Part shown: positions 50,973-64,000 of the stretch, in pieces | Layout: every line of letters starts with the position of its first letter | Position numbering within the stretch: position 1 is the stretch's first letter | Assembly (NCBI GenBank): GCA_973895155.1 | Contig: OZ316895.1 | Span: 16,534,170-16,598,169, forward strand | Direction of reading: 5' to 3' | DNA: 64,000 nucleotides | Source of the DNA: Marsupella aquatica | Lineage: Eukaryota; Plantae; Marchantiophyta | Program-made: the position numbers and the translations under genes | The notes under the pieces: generated by a model | Database searches by the model: none | Told to the model about the DNA's origin: nothing | What the model saw: the letters and a program-made list of their open reading frames with translations, nothing else

Positions 50973-53900
50973 GACTCTTGCATGCCATTTTGATCACCTT
51001 TGTAGTGGTCATTTGTCTAAGACATCTTGGCAAGTGTATATAGTGGCTGCTTGTGTTTTCACCCTTCATCAAAGACAAACAAAATGTATAAGTGACATTG
51101 TGTCCATCAAAGGCTTTTCTACATTGATTGAGGAAGCACTTGCAAAATAAAAATCTCACTTAGTCAACTTTGTCTAAGTACTATTTGTCACTATGCCTCA
51201 TATGTTCTTGAAGTTGTACCCAATTAGATCACAAATGTAACAACATTCACAAACTACACCTAGGAAGTTCCGTTATTATATATAACATCTCCCTAGAATA
51301 TTCCGGGTTCCATGTCTTTCCATTATACTTACATTGGCAAATCCCCTAAAACTTTGAAGTGACTTACAGATGTCCCTACTAGAATACATCTCATCCCATA
51401 AAAAAATGGAGGAAATAAAGAATGACTAGAGGTTCCTTTCTGGCATATGCATGCAAGCACATCAAAAGACAAGAGCATATGTGTGCCCATGAGATGGATA
51501 AAGTCTCTATACCACGAGAAACCCTCCAAGAGACCCGATCGTTCTTTTATACATTCACCAAGTGTTGTAGCCAAGTACATTGTAGACCACTGTTTTTTTA
51601 TGTGGAGTTACCACACTACCTGGAAGTTGGGTCATACCAGATGGCTGGAGAGCTGTAAGTCATAGTATAGTTTAAGTTTGTTCTTTCTTTTCAAAAAGAG
51701 TGGCAAATGTCACCTTGTATGAAGTAGAAGCTGCCAAAAATATTTCTTTTCTACTTTTCCTTGATTAATTTCTGACTGTTAGATCTCCCTAGATTTAGGG
51801 ATAACTACTGTCAGATTCTAGCTAATGGGGTCTATGGCTTGGTGGGAAAATGGTTAATCAAAGAGATGTGGTGAATACCTTTTACTGTGGTGGCATTTGG
51901 CAAATTTTTGCACTAAAAAATGTGCTGCTGTATGTCCACTGGAATTTTGGCTTGTTGTTCTCAAATTTAGGGGCATCAACGGTTAGAAAACCCTTGGAAA
52001 TGTCATTGGAGGGGAAATTATACTGGAAGAAAATCACTATAGAGTACACAAAGAGGGACAAACACCCTTCAAGAGAGGGGCAAATATCTGAACAAGGAGA
52101 AAGAAATAACAAATACTCACTGCAATGCAACAGTTTACATCTAAAGTAGTGGTAAGTGGGCAAAGGCGACCCAAATCAGAGCTCATATTCCCCTAAAGAA
52201 TATGATCAAGTGAGGAATTACACAGCCAAATAAAAAAGGAAGAAATTTCCTCCCAATTAACAAGAGAAAGAAACCTATCTAAGCATGTATTTGGCCCTTT
52301 GAAGCAATAAATTCAAGAAACTGTTTCTTTCACCTGCCTCCTGTTTCATTTTCAAGTTTCTCAACCACATTAGTTATCAATTGTCTGTATCAGGTATCAG
52401 TTGTTTCCATCAGTAACTCATGTGTGGAACTTTCCTACTTTGCAATGTCAGCAGAAAGCTCAGAGCCCGGGCTCAGAGAGGTCAGCCAAGAGCTCAGCAA
52501 GGCAGCCACCTGGGAAGCCATTCCACCTTGCTGGCCAGTTCACAGAAAAAGTTGGACCACACAATTGATGTTCAAGCTTGGAAAGGTCGCTAAGCTTCAC
52601 TTATATCGGTGAGTGACAACTGATATTGTTAACAACCTCTCAATTTTCTCACACATGGCCTGACTTGCCACATATAAGACATTTTATTTGCAAGTAAAAG
52701 CAGCCTACAAGACAAAAGTGATATCCCTAAAGCAATTTTGGGACCACAATAGATCAGCCTGGATAGGAAAAGAGCCATGGTTTTGCTTGGCGTTTTTTGT
52801 TCATTTTTTGTTGGAATAAAGCGCACCTTTCTAAAAATCCGGGGGCAGAATCACCCAAGCAATGAAAACAAAACACAGGCCAGGCGGGGGCAAGGGGGCC
52901 ACACACCCACCCCCAGAAAGCAAACAGGACAGGGCTACTGTAGCTACTTAGGTGACGATTAGTGCAGACCTCATACCACTGCTCAGTGCAGACCTCATAC
53001 CCCCACTGTCTCTCAGGAGAAATGTGATGTTCACTCCAGTGCCAAGTACTAACCCAATTACTGGTGTATTTGCGGATCCTATTGTCACTTCTAGGCATCC
53101 AAATCAGTTCACCTCTGTGAGTGCTCACCAGGTGATAGTGGTTTGAGGTCTCAATGTTGACTCTGCTAGTGTACAAACTCTTGCTAATAGTAGTTCTAAT
53201 CAGTGTGTGTCTGGCGCTCCCCGTCCTAAATTGAATGTGAGGCTGGGAGCCACTAGTAACAGCTCCTGCTCACATTTAAAGGTTAGAGTTGTTATTCATG
53301 CTCAATGTTTTTAGTCATTATAGCATTCAGGATCTCAAGATTAGCCCATGGGCGAAGGACAAAATTGAGCTCGTCAACTAAGCGTCAGTATGTTGTAGCT
53401 TTCTGGTTTTCTTAGTGGTTTTGCTTTCCAACTGCATTGACTTGAGGTGCTTGCATGAGTTCTCCAAGATAACCCAGCTAGGGAGGCATCCCAGGAACTG
53501 AGAATACACCTGGGCATTGTGTTCATTCCAGTTTGTGTTACAAAGCTCAGTTAGAAGGACAATAGGCCCCGGACTACATTTTTGCACTCTCAAAGCACCA
53601 ACCACTAATTCAAAAAAAATGCTTGTAAGGTAACTCAGTGTCGTGGTGTTTCGTAGGAGAGTCTCAATCTCCTGCCACCTCAAATGCACTTTACTCCAAT
53701 GGAAAAGAGGCATTCTCAAACCCACCGTTGCAGTGCCTGCAAATTTCATTGCACACTCCCCATCTGCTGGCCCTCCCGTTAGTGAATAAACTGTGCTTTT
53801 ATCAGTCTCCACCCTAGTATCTGACTTTAGGAAAGGTCAATTGAGTTGCGGGATTTTGACACCATGGCCGGAGTTGGGTTTCTTGGACATTGATGAGGAA

Positions 53901-55283
53901 GTCAATGCGTGCACTGAGCCTTCTGTTTCATAGATCTCCAAGGTTTATATGTTGCCTCCCACTTTGACTTCACCCAAAGTGAGCCTAAGTCAATCCTCCT
54001 ATGGAGCTTGAGGTTGCTTCACTGCCCTAGGACTATCAAGTCCAATGCTGACCCCTAATAATCCCACAAGACACCTTAAAAAATGTTAATTTGGTATGTG
54101 TGTGTTGCAGAAGTGACTTAAGTCTTGCCCCTAATTGCAGAGCTCACCCTTCACAAATATAATTCAACCTATAGCGGTAGCCAAGCTTGAAGGAGACCCA
54201 AGCTTCCTCGATGGGTTTATATCAGCATAAATCTGAGTGGCAAACATTTGCCAAATTCCACCTCACTGAAGAGTCTTCCCCAGCATTTCAGTCTTCCATT
54301 AGCCAGTTTCTCATTAATTATTATCTTTAAAGTGGGATTTACTAGTGTGCCACTCTTTTTTGGCATATAGATACCTTGACATCGACCTTGTTTGGTTTAT
54401 CACAATGCCACTGTTTACATTTGTTTGTCTAGAAAATGAACTCAGGTTAGCTCCTTCACATCCAATGGTTCTCATTGCACCCAGTCCTGCAAGTGGATGG
54501 CTCAGGTCTCCCTCAAGGTGACATTGACTGCCCTCAGCAGGACAAAGGCAGAGGCTGTGCACAGCCCTGGACATACTTGCCCTCAGCAGAGGTTAGGCGT
54601 AGGATAGAAGGACGGGACCACCCGAGCCACCCCTTGGTCAACTGACCCAAGGGTGGTCAAACTCACTTCAAGGGAGACCTGGGCTGTCTGATCATGAAAC
54701 TGGCTGCAATGACAGCCATTGGATGTGAAAGAGCTGACCCGAGTTAATTCTCTCAACCCATACATAACACCAGTGACATTGTGGAAACAAAAGCCCGGAT
54801 GGACCAAGACATTGTCCCTGCCCATCCTGATGGACTGCGTAAAGCAATCGTTGTTTTTACACCAAGAAGAAGGAACTGGTCACGGATTGCAGCTGACAAT
54901 TTTGACAACCTTGGGGAGAAAGTAGTCAAGACGTCATGGTGATCCTGAGTAATGGCTTGACGTCTTGACAACTTTTAGCTTGAAGGTCATCAAGTCGTCA
55001 AGTTACTGAAACGGGTTTGGTAATATAATTGAAATTGGTTGCAAAGAGTAAGGAGACCATTTACAGGTCACATTTCAGTCAAAGTGTAAACAATGTTATA
55101 TGAGTCAGTTTAAATGTTCTGAGCAAGTCCATCCAAGCTTTGCAAGTCCATCTGGGCTTCATAGACAAAGTGGAGGTCCATCCCAACTTTAGTTTTGACA
55201 TTGTGATATATAGAAAAAAACTCAGTGGAAAGGTATATATTATGTCAAAAAAGAGTCCCAAGCTAGTAACTCCAAGTGCCCTT

Positions 55284-55285
<2 letters not shown>

Positions 55286-55322
<37 letters not shown>
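55286..55322. repeat. (TA)n microsatellite
   Basis: Uninterrupted TA run of ~18 units. Confidence 0.95.
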
Positions 55323-55325
<3 letters not shown>

Positions 55326-55823
55326 ACATAAATTTGATAAAGAACATTCTTAGCAACTTCTCGTTCCCACACATGGGAAACAAAAAAATCTTCACCCTGG
55401 CTCACATTAGGGGTTTCCTCCCAATATTCAATGGGCCCTACCCTGACACAAATAAATATATGGAATGATTACTTTAATCTAAATTCACGACAATATATAT
55501 ACATAATTGAATAATTAATGAGTATATCAGTTAAGACACAAAGAACACAAAGAGTCAAACCGGGAGCCAGGACCCCAAAGGCAAGACATCAAGATAAAAG
55601 GAGATTTTAAAAATATTCTAAGAAAAAGCTGCTCCTTACTTCTAATGTGCTGGCTGATGGCATTCAATGTCCCTAATTCGAGTAATCTATGTAGCAATCA
55701 AAATGGCCTTTGATGCTTCAGGGCAGCCATTTTTTAATCATCTCGTACTACCCTGCCCCCAAAATCAGATGATACTACACTAGTAACCTACCCTTAACAG
55801 GTTAAAGAAGTGTTCACCCTAAG

Positions 55824-55897
55824 TAGTGTGACTAACATTAATTTAATTGAGAGTGCCAATTTTCAGGGTCTACTTTTGATTAGTGTTAGTCACACTA
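55824..55897. repeat. 19-bp inverted repeat (MITE/foldback remnant)
   Basis: TAGTGTGACTAACATTAAT versus ATTAGTGTTAGTCACACTA (18/19 complementary), with a further similar copy at ~56477. Confidence 0.7.
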
Positions 55898-56019
55898 ATT
55901 TTGTGCTAGCAATATTTACGCACACATGAATTATTGTTAATGTGATCTTAAGAGTGGAAAAATAGAGGGAAAATTTATTTTGAAAAATCCACAAGAATTA
56001 TTGTTACTTTGGACTCAAG

Positions 56020-56368
56020 TGTTGAGGAGATATCGCATAGCACAACTGAGAACTAGTGTAAACAAGAAATCAACACCGACACATAGATACGTGATTCACC
56101 CTGCCAGGGCTACGTCCACGACCGAGAGATGAATCCTTATGCATAGACCAGTATATCCACCATAGCCTAGCAAGCTCACAAGCTACTCTATGTCAACCTC
56201 TTCTCTCCCTCTCACTCTCTACTCCTGAAATTGATATCTAAGTATGAGCACAATGAATTGCTCTCACAAGGGTATACCCTCTCTCCACTAGTCTAACCCA
56301 ACTACCCTTAACCATAGTTAGTCTATGCTCTAGTTAACCTAACCAGGCACTAGAGTTAAGTACCATCA
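56020..56368 (-). mobile_element. Copia solo LTR (349 bp), distantly related family, reverse orientation
   Basis: TG...CA ends and a perfect TSD TCAAG (56015-56019 and 56369-56373). It contains the reverse complements of GTGGACGTAGCC..GGTGAA.CACGTATCT and GGTTAGGTTAACTAG seen in the intact LTRs. Confidence 0.85.
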
Positions 56369-58944
56369 TCAAGATCATGCATTTTTATTAGCAAATTTAA
56401 ACAAAAGTTTAAAATACTATTTTGAAAAACTGACAAAAGTTAGTGTCACTTGGACTCAAAGTGGCTTTTATCAAAATTAGTGTTAATAACACTAATTCCT
56501 GGACAACTCTAATTATGATGAACAGTATAGGAACGTGTGGCCATCCCACAATGACCAAGGCTTTCCCTCCTTAGGTCCAGTTGTCTGCCATTCTTAATAC
56601 CCTTTCTCATGCTGCATCCTTCCAGCCCCCCATTGAGCACCATAACTTTCATCCAGGATCCGGAAGAAAAAATGCAAAGCAGCTGGGCATATATAGTAAG
56701 ACGCTGTTTGCCGGCATTGTGGGCTATAATGCCCCCAACTATAATGCCCCCAAAATGAGGGCTATAGCCCAAGTTTACAGGGGCTGTTATTGCACATCAT
56801 GCACTGTTAAAGGGAGTTAATGGACTTTAATAATTGATTTTTTTTCACTTCTACTAACTGTACTATTTTTAATTTTCTGTTTCTTTTCTTCACTCCTGAA
56901 GACAAACCCAAATTTTATGCTAGTTCAGGTTTTACTTTCTTCACCAAGAAAAAGGCCCTTGCAGGCAATCTTGTCCTTAAGGTTCAAAAATATACGAAGA
57001 GAATTCTTTTGCAGGGTTTCAAGTAGACAACAAGGAAACATTTGCAGTCATTTCATTAGTTTCTCACGTGAAACAACTTGTCTCCTTTGCCCCAACTCAC
57101 CCTAACCCTAGCTAGACATTCTTTGAATTTTTTTTCTAGAAGAAGTAACCAAATTGGCAACTCCTCCCCTGCCCTGGGAAGAAGATTATTTCACAACAAT
57201 TTTGACAGAATGATTCATACAAGCTGCCAGATATTCCAAGATCTAAGGAGAACCATTTATTTGGCCAGAGTTTATGATTTGCAATAAGGACCTAGCTGAA
57301 TGAATCTGAGCTTTTAGCTCGAGCATTTTCATGGTAAGATTTTGGTTGATATTCACCAAAAACATTTTGACTGATTGTGTTGTCAGGGGTTGATGGCATG
57401 GGGTGGTCAAGATAAACATGCCAACAGAGGCACGTAAGCAGCCTTGGCCCTTCGCACTGAGAAGGTTCAAGAGTATCTTGTGACACATAAGAGCCATCAA
57501 GAACTCGTCCTTCAATGAAGAATCTTAGAGGGAGGGAATTTTGTAGATTATATATAATCAGAACCCACAATTGTTGAGTCACGATGGGACGCCAAATTGG
57601 AGGGGGAATCACTGCTCACTTGTGGAAGTAGTGGCCCATGTGAAGATATTCTGACCTCCGTCTGAGTGTCCCATGCACTAAGCATGCCAAAGGTACTCTT
57701 CTGGCCCGATAATTCCCAGATGCCTAACTTGTGCGTTGTTGTTATATGGTCACTAGCCCCCACACCAGTGCCTATGCACAGGATGGGCTCCTGTAGACAG
57801 ACTCCGCATGCCTCTTTGCTCACAAATATAGTTTTTATATGCATATTTTCTGTTATCCCATAATTACGGCCTGTGGTTTCACCCTACCCAAAGCCCATCT
57901 TTAATCTCAAGCATAGTTTATAAAGCAAATTTTGTGGTTACCCCATAATGAAGGCCTATTAATTGCTTTACTCTACAGAGGAGTACAGAGTAGGTCATGA
58001 AGTGTAGACTTTGAATGAAAATTATAAGATACTATAGATAGATAAATAGAAAGTTAGAAAAACTGGATAATTTTTTTAATTATTGAGCTTGACAATGAAA
58101 AAAGCTTTATCAGGTCCCCATTGGGTCAAGTCCCTCCAGGATGGTTGGAGTATGACCCAAATAGTTCGTCTTGGATTGCTTTAGTACGATGGATCGAAGG
58201 GGTTCTACGCCCTGGAAAGCACCCGGCTAGAGCGCAAATAGTCGAAAAGAAAAATCATCACCATTGAGAGCACGAGTGGAATGTGGGGTCTCTATCACGT
58301 TGGGGGATGGCATAACCAGTGCCAGTGATAGGTAGAGGAGGAAAAATAGGATAGTCTAAATTGTTTTGACCGTTTGAGCTGTAGATCATACGCTAACATG
58401 GACAATAAGAGTGATACATCCAAAAAACAAATCTGGACCAGATCCAGCCCCTCACAACCAATCAGATTGCAAGGATGCATCTTTGCAGCTGTCAGAAAAT
58501 ATGTGGTCCGATTTTAACGGAAATTTTGCTAGATGCCTTGGAGAGCCCGTCTCTTGTACCACACCACTCTTTAAAGGAAAAAATAGCACGGGCCACAGGG
58601 AAAATGAGGGCACAACAGAATGGAATGTTGGACAAGAATGAATAGAGATTCCTTCCCATGAGTTTTATTAACCCCGTCCAAGGAGGTGGGCCCCATAGAA
58701 ATCTGAACCCCTTTAAATAATTGAGACTCAATAGTGAATACTTGTCAATTCCAATAGTCATAATTTGTTTGCAACTTACTCTCCAATAGTGTAGTCTCTC
58801 TAATTAGACAATTTTGAGTGTTGCAACCCCACAGATAATTAGTTAATAGTAACTGATATCAGGTAGCAATTGTTTGAGTGGGGAACCTTCCCACTCATAT
58901 ATCAAGGCCACAAAGGTGCCTAGATTGGCATGACTGTGTGGTAC

Positions 58945-59554
58945 AATATACAAATTTTTTACAAAAAAGGACCAAACAGAATACAAAAGAACAAACAAGA
59001 CAGGGTCCAAGTGGACAAAACCAAATGCAAAAAAGAAGTGAGCAGTTATAGGGAGCCCCTAAAAACCAAGAAAGAGAAACTAAAACTAACCCAAACGGAC
59101 CGAGGTCCTCGTCATTCCTAGCAAATGTGGCAATGTGACAAAAAGTTACTGGTCCACATCAAGTGTCGAAACTAAAGCGGCAAGTGGGACTGGAACGTCC
59201 TCTAGGGGAGCTAGCCGTTGCAGGGGCACACTAGCACCCATTGTAAGAGATCGATGATAGATGGCCTGAGCTTGAGCACATTGTAAATGCATTGGCGAAA
59301 GTGCATGGTCAAAATAGATAGCGGGGGTCCGGTGGGACCCATACATCACAAGGCTTCCCACAAGTGCAAGAAGAAGGTAAACCTGCTGAAGACATCCACA
59401 GATGAGGAATGATTGGATTGGCCTGAAGCCATCCTCTTGCGCCCTTCCCTCCGGAAGAAAGAATCCAAGCTCGGTCCATGTCAGGTGCCTCGGAGAGGAT
59501 GTTGGAAAGGGTGAAAGCATGCATATGCCCAACAAGGTCTGCCTGAAGACGGAC
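58945..59554 (-). mobile_element. 5'-truncated, internally deleted copy of the CRE-like element
   Basis: Collinear with 42119-43254 (3' UTR, ...STLDVDQ* versus ...LTLDVDH*), but lacks ~42568-42989 and ~43033-43086. Confidence 0.93.
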
Positions 59555-59558
59555 AGTG

Positions 59559-59675
59559 AGTGGTAGCTTAATTGATAAATGATTCATAGGTCTTGGGTTC
59601 AAATACTGTGATTAATTGTTCCTTCTCTATGGGGTTTCACAGATTTCTCCTTTAAAAAACAAAAACGACCAAAAA
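59559..59675 (+). mobile_element. tRNA-derived SINE, copy 2
   Basis: GTGGTAGCTTAATTGATAA (A-box-like), GGGTTCAAAT (B-box), GGGGTTTCACAGATTTCTCCTTT, then an A-rich tail. It is homologous to 11358-11477. Confidence 0.7.
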
Positions 59676-60281
59676 GGTGACTTAATGGGGCAATCAAGTT
59701 GAAAAAGTGGCTCAACAAGGTTATCTAAGTTGGATTTCCTAGTACATTTTCTTTCAACATGGCCACAGAGTGAAAAAGTGACTCGCCAAAGTCAGCCAAG
59801 TGGAAACTTTCCAACTAGGTGAGCCCGTGAAGTGAAAAAGCTACACATTGAGATCAGCCAAGTGGAATTCCCAACTCACCAAGGCTGCCGAGACAACAAA
59901 AAAAAGCTGACTGCTGAAATGAGTTTCCAGTTGGCCAAGGCCACTGAGCATCTCTGAAAATGGCTGACTTATGATTGATGAGTAACGACCTCAACATTTT
60001 CCCTTTTCAAAAAATAACAGAGGGAATAGTCCCGGCTCAGACCTACTGTAGCAATTCTAATTTACTAAGAGAATGGATAAGGCAACACGTCAGCCTTGGG
60101 TGGAGAGCTTGGATGGAAATGATTAAATTGGCCTAGAAACATTGAAAATATACAAATAAATATCAAACATTGTTTTAAAGACCATGCACTCATTTGCTGT
60201 CCAGGCACCAAAAATCAAGAATCATTTGCTGATTGAAAATGGAGAAATCCTAGAGTATTATTTTCTCCTTTCTATGGTAAC

Positions 60282-60433
60282 AGGATTCTTTCTAGCTCCT
60301 CACACCTCCATGATTTTCTAAAGTGGAGGACTGCATCACTTATACACCAATTCAACAAAGGATTCTTTCTAGCTCCTCACACCTCCATGATTTTCTGAAG
60401 TCGAGGATTGCATTACTTATTCACCAATCCAAC
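60282..60433. repeat. Tandem duplication, 77-bp period
   Basis: AGGATTCTTTCTAGCTCCTCACACCTCCATGATTTTCT... occurs at 60282 and 60359. Confidence 0.9.
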
Positions 60434-61743
60434 TCGTTTGCTGATCTGGAATCACATAGCCACCAAAAGTGTTCCGATCTCAGAATAAAGTAAAACAAAA
60501 TAATCACATAGCCACCCAAAGTTCCAAAAGAGCTCCATGAGTGCTTCAACAGTCGAAAGGAGAGGAATATTATCGAAAGGGTGCTCAGAGGCTCTCATCG
60601 CAGGGCAGCAGCTCTATGATGAAGGGAGAGAAAGATTGGACCCTCCTGGTGCATGGAAGGGCATCAGCTGCATAGGCATTATTGGGTTGGACTTTGGCAC
60701 TGTGGACCCTCACCCTTGCTAGGGAATGTTAGGTAAACTGATTAAAAAACATTTATGGTAGTTATAAACCCTTCTTTTAAGAAGCCTGCTGTTCTGGATA
60801 TAATGCTACCGTAGTCACTGTGAGCAGGTCACATAGACATGATTATTATTTAGATAGTATACTAATAATACTATACAGAGTATTGGGAAGTCAAGGAAAA
60901 GTAAACATCTACGGAGTACGAGGTCCGGCTGTGAATAATTGGATAAGGCTAGGCACTATAGTAGGGTGTTGTAAAGCTCCATAGTTGCGGTCAATAATTA
61001 ATGACCATACCTTTTCCACCTGATCTACGTAATTAGTTAATTTTGGTAGTCTCTACAGTAACTTTCTTCATGGCATATCAAAACAGGGTCATTAAGGAGA
61101 TATTGCCGAAAACATGATATTAATATTTCAATAAATATACATTTTATTGCAAATATACAAGTGAAAAAAAGCAATTAATAAATAACATCCGTGTGTGGTA
61201 TATGCAAAAACGTTGTCACGGCATCGACTCATTCCAAGATGCCCTAGTAGTGCTGTCTACATATTTTTTGCAGAGAATTGGTACTATACATTTGTACATT
61301 GTAAAATTTTCCATCCCGGTTGTGCTGGACAACCTGAGATACTAGGGGCGCATCAATTTGGTGAAATATACCTTCCCTATATTGTGTGTTCATTTGTACT
61401 CTGATTGGTCACTTTGTATATAAAAAATGTGTATATTCCCTATATTGTTTTGCAAAATGGGATTCCATCAATTTAGTTTTCTCTTCTGTTTCCCTTTAGA
61501 GGGGGGGGGGGGGGGGGGGGGTGTTAGAGTAAGCTTGAGACCTCAGTTGTAAGTTTATTTGATGATAGACATAGGGGGTTACCACTAACTTAAGAATCTA
61601 TTATAAAGCTGATTTGTTTTATAAAGCTTTTTTAGTACAGACATATATATAAAAGATTGTAAAATAAAAAAACGCATCAGATTGTCAAAGAACATAAAAA
61701 GCTAAACTCGGACAAGATGCCAAAGACACGAGTCCCTTATTTA

Positions 61744-61767
61744 CCCTAAACCCTAAACCCTAAACCC
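61744..61767. repeat. Short interstitial telomeric repeat (CCCTAAA)3
   Basis: CCCTAAACCCTAAACCCTAAACCC matches the plant-type TTTAGGG repeat. Confidence 0.85.
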
Positions 61768-62759
61768 CTCAAAGACAAAAAAGAATTAAAACCAGACTCA
61801 ACAGTAAGCTGAAAGCCTGTTTTCAGCATGTGATGTGTACGCCAATGCGAGTGTTTCAGGTGATTACTTTTGGGAAATCTTAAGCCAGATCAATTCCCTT
61901 ATACTTTATAATAGTTTCTTGTGGGCACCCACTCCCACCAACCAACGCACACCAGACACATGCATACCAGTCCCACAGATGGAATGATCATGAGTAGATC
62001 ATGCATATCAATTGACTAACTGAAACAAACCCAATAGATATGGAATTTCAGCCAAGCTTCAAAACTACACGACAGGATGGTGCTAAATCTGATGACATGA
62101 TTGACCAGTGAAGAGATCACCATTCGTGATTCAGATATAGTTGTTCGGAAACTTTGTTGTTCATTGTATTTTTGAAACTAGGGCTTTAGTCCAAGTCTTG
62201 GGGAGCTGTTATTGCCCACAATGCCCCTGAAACAAGGAGTTAGTACACTGTAATTTGCCCTCCGAGTAAAATCTGAACTTGCAAAAGAAGTGACAGAGAA
62301 TAAAAAATAGTTTCTCATGCAAGTTAAAGATTTTACTTTCTTAATTTTTCTACAGCAAGAGATTTTACTTTCTTTACCAAGCTACAAGTAGAAGACAAAT
62401 CTCAAAACTACTCTGCACCTGGAGTGATGCCTTTCATAATTTTTCTCCCTGGACTTTTCTGGGCATATGGAGAAGATGCTTGAGCCTGCGTTTTGAGTGG
62501 CTATTATTGCCCATAATGATCTGGTAATAAGATGTTAATGCACTGAACGGCCTCAGAGATGTTTTTTGCTACAAAATAGATGAGAAATTTCATGATAGAT
62601 GGGTAGAACCAAATAAATTCTGTGGATTCTTCTCCATTAATTTATAGGAAAATTGCAGGAATCTTGTGATGTTGTTGTTGTGCATGGGAGCAGAAGATGG
62701 CGTTGATAATAGGTTGGGTGGGGTCAAGAGGTCAGTCGCCCACATGATGAGTTATGGTC

Positions 62760-62932
62760 TGAAGATGCGTGCATGGCACAATGTTCCAGATAGCAAAAAT
62801 ATTTCCCTTGTGTGCTCTCACCACATTTTCATTGCAACACTCGTGATCGTATGAAGATACGTGCTGGGCTCCAGATAGCAAAAAAATTTCTCTTGTGTGC
62901 TCTCACCACATTTTCATTGCAACACTCGTGAT
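62760..62932. repeat. Tandem duplication, ~85-bp period
   Basis: TCCAGATAGCAAAAA..TTTC.CTTGTGTGCTCTCACCACATTTTCATTGCAACACTCGTGAT occurs at 62785 and 62870. Confidence 0.9.
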
Positions 62933-64000
62933 ATGTCTACCAATAATGAAGAAGGGTATATGAACATGCTAAGTCACGCTTGTATGTGAGTGCTGGTTTG
63001 GTGTGGTGGGACATATATGATATGTGTATCTAGATTACACTCTAAGAAGGAAAACGTGTACAAAGCACACACCCAGGGTGCTCCATGGGTACTGTAGTTT
63101 CCTCAACATTATAAGGGTGGCTTTACCAGACATGGGGCACTTGTGGCTTTTTCTACCAAAATTATAATCCCACTTCTTGTTCCAAACATAGACTCCAGGC
63201 CAAAGATGTACTAAATTTCAATAAATGCAAATTCCTGAATGGAGGCAAAGTTTGGAAATGATTGGATGGCCTTTGGAGGTGGTCTAAACTTGTAGACAAA
63301 AGAAGCACTCCAGAGCAGCATTTACTTGTGCCCACTGCTTGCTATGTATAGCTGGTATATGCCATATGGCCCCCAAGTTCGGGTCTGGATAACTGCACAT
63401 CAAAATATGACATATACTATGTATGACACTCCTACATACAGTGATAATACTAGTTTTTTCCTTTTAATCAATGAATGCAGCCACATTTTGATGTGTGATT
63501 ACCAACAGGGCAAGTTCTTGTAAGGCCAACAACAGCACATGATGTTTCCTTGGGGCACACATTTCCAACATGCCCATGTCCACATTCATCATACTGATCC
63601 CTTATTAGTGTGGCTGTTCAAAATTAATGTTATCCGCACTGATTTGGGTGAGCAACAAAATAGCGTGAGGACCAGAGTTTCCTTTTGTATTTTGGGCGGG
63701 TGACACTTTTGGCAAGTTTCAAAGCCTCCACTTAGAATTTTGTTGACTTGGAGAGTCACCTTACGACCACTAGATTTATGTACTGTCAGATCTGAATTTT
63801 TTAAAAACATTTTTGCATCATTTGCAATCACTTTAATCTGGTAGCAAATGTGCAAAAATCTGCACCGAAAGGAAACACTCCTGAGGACCCTGGCCTACTC
63901 CATCCAAGAGCATCTATTGTCATCAGAGAGTCAGCCCGACATCCGAAATGAGAGGTCGGCTTCACGGTTTGCAAGCAGACAACCCTCAAGGGAGCTAATT

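Noticed and set aside
50464-51159. 231-aa minus-strand ORF
   Set aside because: Its length is largely explained by the ~66-bp tandem repeat; no domain signature.
53378-58760. L1-like LINE coding remnants (also ~22680-22900 and ~27880-28440)
   Set aside because: Composition is suggestive, but no diagnostic RT or endonuclease motif could be read with confidence.
59559-59620. Functional tRNA gene
   Set aside because: A and B boxes are present, but there is no cloverleaf or acceptor stem, and it is followed by a shared body and A-tail, so it was called a SINE.

Overview
Land-plant nuclear DNA. It most resembles a bryophyte such as a liverwort, which is inferred from gene architecture and transposon types and not proven. 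Two intact spliced genes were reconstructed by hand from GT-AG junctions. The first is a 13-exon ACT-domain Raf-like (STY8/17/46-type) protein kinase (+, 2495-8213, 712 aa). The second is a 4-exon cytosolic alkaline/neutral invertase (-, 37750-34794, 591 aa). The rest is rich in transposons. There is a full-length but mutated Ty1/copia element (14314-22431, 343-bp LTRs, GTTGG target-site duplication) whose integrase is split by a nested 1.6-kb solo-LTR-like insertion. There are also two related copia solo LTRs, two copies of a short tRNA-derived SINE, and MITE-, Helitron- and hAT-like remnants. The most unusual element is a CRE-clade-like non-LTR retrotransposon with a restriction-like endonuclease (-, ~42119-47350). 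Its single ~1200-codon ORF is directly preceded by more than 7 tandem 186-bp monomers and a terminal hairpin, and an internally deleted derivative lies at 58945-59554. Most short ORFs in the supplied track are spurious.
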